Origin: Elusimicrobiota bacterium
GTDB taxonomy: Bacteria; Elusimicrobiota; Elusimicrobia; F11
Length of the DNA stretch: 13,654 bases
Assembly (NCBI GenBank): GCA_046153645.1
Contig: JBJXGI010000026.1
Location: forward strand, 1 to 13,654
Reading direction: 5' to 3'
A model generated the notes under the pieces. The model was not told the origin of the DNA. It saw nothing but the letters and a program-made list of their open reading frames with translations, and made no database searches. A program made the translations under genes and the position numbers. Shown one piece after another: positions 8,018 to 13,654 of this stretch (position 1 is the first letter of the stretch; each line of letters starts with the position of its first letter).

Positions 8018-8037
8018 AGCAATGTAGGGGCTATGCG
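8013..8037 (-). promoter_or_regulatory. 8-bp hairpin containing the first ATG of the barrel-LysM gene
   Basis: Perfect inverted repeat CGCATAGC (8013-8020) / GCTATGCG (8030-8037) with a 9-nt loop. The ATG (8017-8015) lies in the 3' arm of the minus-strand RNA. Confidence 0.5.
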
Positions 8038-8040
8038 TTT

Positions 8041-8094
8041 AAAAAAAAACGCCTTAAACCGCCTTACTCAGGAAGGGTAAAGGGTTTAAGGCGT
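8041..8094 (-). terminator. Rho-independent terminator
   Basis: 12-bp perfect stem ACGCCTTAAACC (8049-8060) / GGTTTAAGGCGT (8083-8094) with a partly paired interior, and a 9-U tract on the minus strand (A run 8041-8049). Confidence 0.88.
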
Positions 8095-8131
8095 AAATTC
8101 AAGTTAATTTGAGATTTTTTAGAAGATTAAC

Positions 8132-8245
8132 TTAAGCAGACTTTGCAGCTTTCAAAGCGGCTTTTTTTCGCTTGATGCGCCGCTTCCAACGTTGGTCATG
8201 TTTATGTCGTTTTCTTTTTTGTCCACTTTTTGTTCGATGACTCAT
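8132..8245 (-). CDS. Small, highly basic 37-aa protein (not in the ORF track)
   Basis: MSHRTKSGQKRKRHKHDQRWKRRIKRKKAALKAAKSA. AGGAG SD at 8260-8256, 10 nt before the ATG. Fills the intergenic gap and is followed by a terminator. Confidence 0.8.
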   Translation of the reverse strand: MSHRTKSGQKRKRHKHDQRWKRRIKRKKAALKAAKSA

Positions 8246-8273
8246 AAATATTTAACTCCTATATAAACTTAAA

Positions 8274-9002
8274 TTAGTAAGTAACAAGCAAGGCAACTGT
8301 CGTAATAGTATCGTTACGACTAAAACCTATGGGAGGAACTCCCACATGTTTCCATTTGTAGGAAACTTTGAGTGAGAAATTTTTTGTCAAAGCCGCTGTT
8401 AAGGCTGACTCTGTATTCACACGAAAATCTTCACTGTCTTCAAAGTTATGAAGATATTCCGCATCTTGACTAATATTGGCTGTTGGACTAAAAGTCCATA
8501 CATATTTACTATAACCGCGTCCAACGGCAAAGTCATTTTTGGGGCCAACAGTTCTTTCTTCAGAAATAAATCCACCTCCAAGTTCACCAATAAGATGATG
8601 AGCGGAAGTTTTGACAAGTTCACGCCCTAACCCAGCACCCATATCGTAACGATTTTTGATACCAGCAAAGCGGTTTTTATCCCAAGCATTTTTTTGAAAA
8701 GCATAATTTCTATCGCTTAACTTATAGGAAAGTTTTTCACTGGCAAAATATTGTTCGGCTGTCGTGGTACCCTTGCTGTTGGAACCAAGCGCGCCCGCAA
8801 TTAATTCCAATGTGGTTTTAGACCAATTATATTTATAGGTATTTTTAGCAGAACCTGTAGTTGACTTGGTATTACCATTGGCACTTACAACAGACAATTC
8901 GGATTGATTTGACCATGGTTTTTTCACTTCTTCAGAAAAAGAGGAAACTGCATTTATAGCTACAAGGCCTAAAACCAAACTTAAATTAAATAATTTTCTC
9001 AT
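8274..9002 (-). CDS. DUF481 / YdiY-like outer-membrane beta-barrel protein
   Basis: Start at ATG 9002 (MRKLFNLSLVLGLVAINAVSSFS signal) with AAAGGAG SD. W...ANGNT motif, DKNRFAGIKNR, and a C-terminal beta-signal ending LLVTY. Confidence 0.85.
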   Translation of the reverse strand: MRKLFNLSLVLGLVAINAVSSFSEEVKKPWSNQSELSVVSANGNTKSTTGSAKNTYKYNWSKTTLELIAGALGSNSKGTTTAEQYFASEKLSYKLSDRNYAFQKNAWDKNRFAGIKNRYDMGAGLGRELVKTSAHHLIGELGGGFISEERTVGPKNDFAVGRGYSKYVWTFSPTANISQDAEYLHNFEDSEDFRVNTESALTAALTKNFSLKVSYKWKHVGVPPIGFSRNDTITTVALLVTY

Positions 9003-9025
9003 TGTTTTTATAGCTCCTTTAAAAA

Positions 9026-9439
9026 TTAAGCAACTGAGGTGCAAAACGCACATTTCGTTGCTTTAAGTGGAATATTTGAAAGACATTGACCACAAGCTTT
9101 GGTGGTGGGAGCAGCAGGCGCTTCAGCTTTTTTGAAACTATTGAGAAGTTTGATCATCATAAAAATAGCAAATGCCACAATAGCAAAGTTAACGACCTCA
9201 TTAACAAACACACCATACTTAAGAACCACAGCTTTGGCATCGCCCTCGGCAGGTTTCAGAACAAAACCTAGATCAGAAAAATCAACATTTCCCATTAACA
9301 TTCCAATGGGCGGCATAATAACATCATTAACAAGGGAAGCAATAATTTTCCCAAAAGCGCCTCCAATGATAACACCCACCGCCATATCAACCACATTTCC
9401 CTTCATCGCAAAATCTTTAAACTCTTTTATCATACTCAT
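9026..9439 (-). CDS. mscL: Large-conductance mechanosensitive channel with a C-terminal Cys4 tail
   Basis: [41 protein letters not shown] and [23 protein letters not shown]. Confidence 0.98.
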   Translation of the reverse strand: MSMIKEFKDFAMKGNVVDMAVGVIIGGAFGKIIASLVNDVIMPPIGMLMGNVDFSDLGFVLKPAEGDAKAVVLKYGVFVNEVVNFAIVAFAIFMMIKLLNSFKKAEAPAAPTTKACGQCLSNIPLKATKCAFCTSVA

Positions 9440-9455
9440 ATTTTTCTCCTATAAA

Positions 9456-9863
9456 TTATTTAGCGCTGTTTTGAGGATCTGCCAAAAAGTCATCTGAAAT
9501 AGAGTGAACTTCAGTAACAAAATAAGGCGTATCTCCAAAAATTTTCATTGGAATCCCTTTGTGCTCATTATATTTCAGTACAATTCTTTGGCCTAACGCT
9601 TTATTGATTTGATCTGAGACAGATTGATCACGGACAGTAAAGTAAAACTTCTCGGGAGCTGATCCGGGTAAATTAACCATAGACAGTTCTCCCTCCCATG
9701 TTTTAAAAACCCATCCTTTCTTTGAGAATTTTTGTAGATAACCAGCACGCTCACCCGTTGAATACACATATTTAAGTGACCCATAGGTCCAAGCTACAAA
9801 ACCAAGAATTCCGACAATTAAAATTAAAGCAGTTGTTTTTATAAACCAACGAATGAATGGCAC
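9456..9863 (-). CDS. Conserved hypothetical membrane-anchored protein (YSxGxRxG...KGWxFKTWEGEL type)
   Basis: GTG start with AAAGGA SD. One N-terminal TM followed by a beta-rich soluble domain. Confidence 0.8.
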   Translation of the reverse strand: MPFIRWFIKTTALILIVGILGFVAWTYGSLKYVYSTGERAGYLQKFSKKGWVFKTWEGELSMVNLPGSAPEKFYFTVRDQSVSDQINKALGQRIVLKYNEHKGIPMKIFGDTPYFVTEVHSISDDFLADPQNSAK

Positions 9864-9876
9864 AAATTTATCCTTT

Positions 9877-9914
9877 AAAAGAAAAGGGCCCTCCGCTTTA
9901 ACGGAGAGCCCTTT
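9877..9914 (-). terminator. Rho-independent terminator of the ompA-like gene
   Basis: Minus RNA AAAGGGCUCUCCG-UUAAAG-CGGAGGGCCCUUU then UCUUUU. The single irregular pair is G-U only on the minus strand. Begins 12 nt after the stop. Confidence 0.9.
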
Positions 9915-9926
9915 GGTTAAGACGGT

Positions 9927-11180
9927 TTATCGGCTCAAAACCTTGAATTCAATTCGTCGGTTTTTTGCGCGGCCTTCTTTGGTTTTATTGTCTACCAAAG
10001 GTCTTGTTTCTCCATAACCAGCGGAAGTTAATCGGTCAGCAGCAATACCTTTTCCGACCAAATAATTCTTCACACTCATGGCTCTTTTATCTGAAAGCGC
10101 TTGATTAAGTTGAGTTCCACCGATATTGTCAGTATGACCTTGAACTTCAACTGTTACCGTTGGATTGGCTTCTAACACTCCAGCAGCTTTATCAAGAACA
10201 ACTTTTCCTTCGGCTTTTAATTTATCTGAACCTGATTCAAAATTGACGCCTTCTAACACCCAATCATTTTTAGGAATGACTTTCGCCTCATCAGCAGGGC
10301 AACCATCGGCTTTAACAGCAATTCCAACTGGAGTACCAGCGCATTGATCAACATCATCTTTCACGCCATCGCCATCAGAGTCACCTGCACAACCATACAT
10401 ATCAACTTTGATTCCGGCTGGGGTGTTGGGACAAGTATCTTTGCTATCAACAATACCATCGCCGTCTGAATCTGCTTCACAACCACGTCCATCAACATTG
10501 GTTCCAGTGGGGGTTCCAGGGCAGGCATCATTATCATCAATAACACCATCTTTATCAGAATCTTTTGGAATTGCTGTGACAGCAGCAGGAGCTGGAATTT
10601 CTTTTTTGACAGGAGCTGAATCAGAATGTCCTCCAAATAAGAGTGAAAGTCCACCAGTGGCGGTCCCGATATTTTTAGCAGTTCCACGATCGACATTAAT
10701 ATAATGACGACCATCAACTCGAGCAGCCAACCAAGAAGTAAGCATCCATTTAAGACCTAAACCATAACCAACCAAACCATCTGTTCTTACCCCTCTAATT
10801 CGAAGGGCATTACCAGCCATTTCTTCTGGATTGGTTTGAATGGCTCCACCAGCAATTGCAAAGAAAGGTCTCAAACAAGATTGACCAAAATGATATTGAA
10901 TTTCACCTGTAGGAATGAGCACATCCGCTTTAAAAGGAGAATTTTTAATTTCGGTATCTTCTCCAACAACAGAAGCTTCAACGGCCCAATTTTCAGTTAA
11001 ATAATGACCAATTCGGCCACCAACAATTCCATCTTCATCTAGACCGTGGTTTCCTTCAAAGAAAACTCCTCCGGCTTGAAATCCTAATTCTGTTTTACCT
11101 TGATATGATGCATCAGAATAACCGATAGACGACGCGGCCAAAACCAATGACATATAAGCAATAATTGATGTACGACGCAT
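9927..11180 (-). CDS. OmpA/OprF-family outer-membrane protein (beta-barrel + TSP3-like repeats + OmpA_C peptidoglycan-binding domain)
   Basis: Signal peptide, N-terminal barrel ending GLSLLFG, Pro/Ala linker, acidic Cys repeats, then VNFESGS, GHTD, NQALSDKRA, GYGETRP and NRRIEF. AAGGAGG SD. Confidence 0.95.
   Translation of the reverse strand: MRRTSIIAYMSLVLAASSIGYSDASYQGKTELGFQAGGVFFEGNHGLDEDGIVGGRIGHYLTENWAVEASVVGEDTEIKNSPFKADVLIPTGEIQYHFGQSCLRPFFAIAGGAIQTNPEEMAGNALRIRGVRTDGLVGYGLGLKWMLTSWLAARVDGRHYINVDRGTAKNIGTATGGLSLLFGGHSDSAPVKKEIPAPAAVTAIPKDSDKDGVIDDNDACPGTPTGTNVDGRGCEADSDGDGIVDSKDTCPNTPAGIKVDMYGCAGDSDGDGVKDDVDQCAGTPVGIAVKADGCPADEAKVIPKNDWVLEGVNFESGSDKLKAEGKVVLDKAAGVLEANPTVTVEVQGHTDNIGGTQLNQALSDKRAMSVKNYLVGKGIAADRLTSAGYGETRPLVDNKTKEGRAKNRRIEFKVLSR
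10299..10562 (-). repeat. Three 30-aa (90-nt period) thrombospondin type 3-like Ca-binding repeats
   Basis: DSDKDGVIDDNDACPGTPTGTNVDGRGC / DSDGDGIVDSKDTCPNTPAGIKVDMYGC / DSDGDGVKDDVDQCAGTPVGIAVKADGC. Confidence 0.9.
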
Positions 11181-11365
11181 GTTGTGTCCTCCTTAGACTT
11201 TTCGCTTATCTTGCGATATAGCAAACATTAAAATGATTAATAAATACAAATAGACTTTGTATTAAACTTTTAAAATTCTCTCTTCCAGGCTTTTAATGAG
11301 TAAACCACTTCGGATTTTTAATAGAAAGAAGAAAAATAGCAGTGTCTATAATAAATACAGATGGC

Positions 11366-11394
11366 AGGTTACGAATCAAACCAGAAAGTGTCAA
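11366..11394 (-). promoter_or_regulatory. Putative sigma70 promoter of the ompA-like gene
   Basis: TTGACA (11394-11389) - 17 nt - TAACCT (11371-11366), with a T-rich UP-element-like tract upstream. Confidence 0.75.
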
Positions 11395-11422
11395 GAAATT
11401 TCAAGCAAAAAAACTTAAAAAA

Positions 11423-12439
11423 TTACTTAAATTGTTTCGCAACTTCTCTTAAGAATTCTTCGGGCAAATCGCTGATCAGTGTAAAATAGCGTGAACCCGA
11501 AGAAGATCGAACAATACGCTCAGGGAGAGCGGTGGGGTTTACCATATCAGAAGAGCTTTCCTTTAACGGCATTTTCATTTGAACCGGCTTATTTGATTGA
11601 AATATGGAAATAATTGCCATCCCATCCGTGTAACGGAGATGATGAACTTGTTGCTGGGACGCTGTTGATAATACGTCAAAACTTTCGAATACAAAACCAT
11701 GCGGAAGCTCTCTCGGATAAGGAAAGAGTTGATTATTTTTTTCTTCCCATTCAGGAACAGATAAAAAAGAAGGTGAAAATTGGTGCGCCATCAAATCACC
11801 TTGATTCACTTCTTGAGTATTGATGGAAATTTCCTTCTCTTTTAAAGGATTAAACTCTACGAAACGCGAAACAACCATATAGGAATCTTCGGGGCGAATT
11901 CGCTTATTTTCTAAGACAACTCCCGATAATTTATCAACTCGTAACTCTTGGGTAGGCTTTTCTCTAATTTTTGGGGAAATCTTTAATACCCAGACACGAC
12001 GATCAATCATATCTTCATCTTTTTCTAATTGAAGATCGTAATTTTTCATCAAAAACTTAAATTCAACCTCATCTGAAAACTGCTTAGATTTAGACTTAGC
12101 GCTTACGCCTTTAAATCCTTTTTTTTGATTTGCAAACCATGTCGTTTGAAAATCGCCATCACTTTGAACGACTTTATAAACCTTCCCTTCGGGTGTTAAA
12201 AAACGAAACTGATACTGATGGGGCGGAACATAGGTGACCAGCAACTGCTCAACGACAGAAGAAGAGTCTTGTGTTTTAATGATAATAACTCGTCCTCGAT
12301 AAGAAATATTGGGATTCGACAAAGCCTTTTTAAAAACACGCATTGACGCCACCTCTTGATCCTCAGAAAAAACAAGCGATAAGGTAAAAATTCCAAATAA
12401 AAATAAAAATGGCGAGAAATTAATTCTGGCTGGAAACAT
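11423..12439 (-). CDS. RseB/MucB-like periplasmic sigma-E regulatory protein (LolA-like fold)
   Basis: Signal-like N-terminus from ATG 12439 (the track uses TTG 12448). SYRG, NYDL...RRVWVLKISPK...VDKLSGVVL, LPHGF and HLRYTDGMAIISIFQ match MucB/RseB patterns. Third gene after sigma and anti-sigma. Confidence 0.85.
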   Translation of the reverse strand: MFPARINFSPFLFLFGIFTLSLVFSEDQEVASMRVFKKALSNPNISYRGRVIIIKTQDSSSVVEQLLVTYVPPHQYQFRFLTPEGKVYKVVQSDGDFQTTWFANQKKGFKGVSAKSKSKQFSDEVEFKFLMKNYDLQLEKDEDMIDRRVWVLKISPKIREKPTQELRVDKLSGVVLENKRIRPEDSYMVVSRFVEFNPLKEKEISINTQEVNQGDLMAHQFSPSFLSVPEWEEKNNQLFPYPRELPHGFVFESFDVLSTASQQQVHHLRYTDGMAIISIFQSNKPVQMKMPLKESSSDMVNPTALPERIVRSSSGSRYFTLISDLPEEFLREVAKQFK

Positions 12440-12902
12440 ACATAGCAAGCTGAATGGACGGATTTGATTGGACCATATCAGCTGAGGGCACTAAATTCTC
12501 ATATTCGTATTGGTGATGAGCTGCTAATAAACTCTCCAACTCAATGGACGGTTCTTGTTTACGAAAATTCCAAGAAAACCATGTGCCCGCAACCAACACC
12601 ACAGCAAATGCAACTCCTAAAGGGCGCCAAAGCGGGCGAAGATTGGAAATTTTTTGACGAAAGGATAAAGTTTTATCAACAAATGTATCTTTGGGAGCCT
12701 GAGATTTCAGATGAGCCAGCAAATCAATAGGAGCATTTTTTATCGGCAACAACTCAAGTCTATTTTTAATTTCTTTAATTTCATTGAGTTCCTGTGAACA
12801 ATGTTCACACGTTTTTAAATGCACCTCAACTTGACTACGGAAATCTTTTGGGAGAACTCCATTTATATAGTCAGACAATTTGTCTTCAAATGCGTCATTC
12901 AT
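12420..12902 (-). CDS. Membrane-bound zinc-binding anti-sigma factor (ZAS / zf-HC2)
   Basis: LSDYING...HLKTCEHC (HxxxCxxC), one TM (LGVAFAVVLVAGTWF) and a short periplasmic tail. Overlaps the sigma gene stop. Confidence 0.92.
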   Translation of the reverse strand: MNDAFEDKLSDYINGVLPKDFRSQVEVHLKTCEHCSQELNEIKEIKNRLELLPIKNAPIDLLAHLKSQAPKDTFVDKTLSFRQKISNLRPLWRPLGVAFAVVLVAGTWFSWNFRKQEPSIELESLLAAHHQYEYENLVPSADMVQSNPSIQLAMYVSSQN

Positions 12903-13506
12903 TTAATTTTAAACCCTTATTTTCTTTGGCAGTTAAAATCTTTTTTAAAAGCAACCGCCCTTGATGAATTCGAGAAGAAACAGTTCCGATCGGGCAATCC
13001 ATAATTTTACCTATCTCATCATAAGACATTTGTTCAATATCATATAAAACAACCGCGGTTCTATAATGAACAGGAAGTCTGTTTAATGCATTTTGAAGAA
13101 GTTTTTCATCTTCAGCACGAGCTAACGTTTCCAAAGGTTCTTCATCTTTCCCTTGAATTATTTGATCCCAAGACCCTTCTTCATCTTTTTTTAATGGGGC
13201 GTCCATAGAGACCGAATGTTTGTACTCATATCGGCGAACTCTATCTATAAAAACATTGTGAAGAATACGGTTTAGCCAAGCATTAAAAGGACGAGTAGAA
13301 TCAAACCGATCTCGATGCTCAAAGGCTCGAGCAAATGCCTCTTGAACCAGATCACGAGCATCTTGATCGTTTCCACACAACCTGAAAGCAAAATTATAGG
13401 CCCGATCGGCGGATTGTTCAATTAGTTTTTCAAACTGACTCAATTGTTCCTGAAAGGCGATTTCCGATGTTTTGTGATTGGCATAAGAATAGGTTTTTGA
13501 GTTCAT
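12895..13506 (-). CDS. ECF sigma-70 family RNA polymerase sigma factor (RpoE/SigW-like)
   Basis: Region 2 (DARDLVQEAFARAF; FNAWLNRILHNVFID) and region 4 (LPVHYR; SYDEIGKIMDCPIGTVSSRIHQGR). 203 aa. Confidence 0.96.
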   Translation of the reverse strand: MNSKTYSYANHKTSEIAFQEQLSQFEKLIEQSADRAYNFAFRLCGNDQDARDLVQEAFARAFEHRDRFDSTRPFNAWLNRILHNVFIDRVRRYEYKHSVSMDAPLKKDEEGSWDQIIQGKDEEPLETLARAEDEKLLQNALNRLPVHYRTAVVLYDIEQMSYDEIGKIMDCPIGTVSSRIHQGRLLLKKILTAKENKGLKLNE

Positions 13507-13514
13507 GCCAGATG

Positions 13515-13540
13515 TACGAATAAAGGAACAATTTGTTTGA
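13515..13540 (-). promoter_or_regulatory. Putative ECF-type autoregulatory promoter
   Basis: TCAAAC (13540-13535) - 16 nt - CGTA (13518-13515). One mismatch to the B. subtilis SigW consensus TGAAAC-N16-CGTA; ends 8 nt before the ATG. Confidence 0.6.
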
Positions 13541-13654
13541 ACTCAAAATATTCCTTTGGGTAAATCGGATTGACTTTCCCATATTAAAACTTCGGTATCA
13601 TTTTTTTTTGCAGTAATCGTTAAGCTTTGTTTCTGAGTTATTCTCGCAGAATCC

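Noticed and set aside
9099..9497. 132-aa plus-strand ORF, and the 9086-9271 ORF
   Set aside because: Antisense shadows of mscL with no recognisable motif or SD.
9456..9863. '6-phosphogluconate dehydrogenase' label that I recall being attached to similar proteins
   Set aside because: 135 aa, membrane-anchored, with no Rossmann GxGxxG motif; not compatible with that enzyme.
10299..10562. 90-nt periodicity as a CRISPR array or DNA tandem repeat
   Set aside because: In-frame protein repeats diverged at the nucleotide level; no identical repeat-spacer structure and no cas genes.
10165..10717. ORFs 10165-10347 (+), 10408-10704 (+) and 10361-10717 (-)
   Set aside because: Antisense or alternate-frame shadows of the repeat-rich ompA-like gene.
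11181..11365. Known riboswitch (e.g. c-di-GMP-I) in the ompA-like leader
   Set aside because: I could not find the conserved motifs of any riboswitch class I know; an Rfam scan would be decisive.
1288..12730. Other short nested ORFs in the track (e.g. 1288-1503, 1430-1717, 4444-4686, 5015-5239, 5810-6004, 7078-7284, 7450-7683, 7842-8027, 8417-8623, 11614-11823, 12464-12730)
   Set aside because: Each lies within or almost wholly overlaps a well-supported CDS and shows no family motif.
13570..13601. Divergent plus-strand promoter TTGACT...TATCAT
   Set aside because: The spacer is 20 nt, and the downstream gene is outside the window, so it cannot be supported.

Overview
AT-rich bacterial chromosomal window from a diderm (outer-membrane) organism. 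The gene families suggest a lineage such as Elusimicrobiota or a PVC relative, but that is inference only. All 17 supported CDSs lie on the minus strand. In transcription order (right to left): (1) an ECF sigma / zinc anti-sigma / RseB-MucB-like envelope-stress module with a candidate autoregulatory, probably leaderless promoter; (2) an OprF/OmpA-like protein with its own sigma70 promoter and terminator; (3) a conserved membrane hypothetical, mscL, a DUF481/YdiY-like beta-barrel and an unannotated 37-aa very basic peptide, closed by a terminator; (4) four overlapping genes: beta-barrel + coiled coil + LysM, a soluble coiled-coil histidine-kinase-like protein with degenerate motifs, an aspartate-less receiver + TM + beta-propeller, and PilZ; (5) a stand-alone 2TM-HAMP protein, panD, a hypothetical, an M50B-like peptidase, a YdjM-like hydrolase and a polysaccharide deacetylase running off the left edge. 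Block 4 is the best candidate for an undescribed system: a 'pseudo two-component' trans-envelope module. No tRNA, rRNA, CRISPR array or mobile element was seen.
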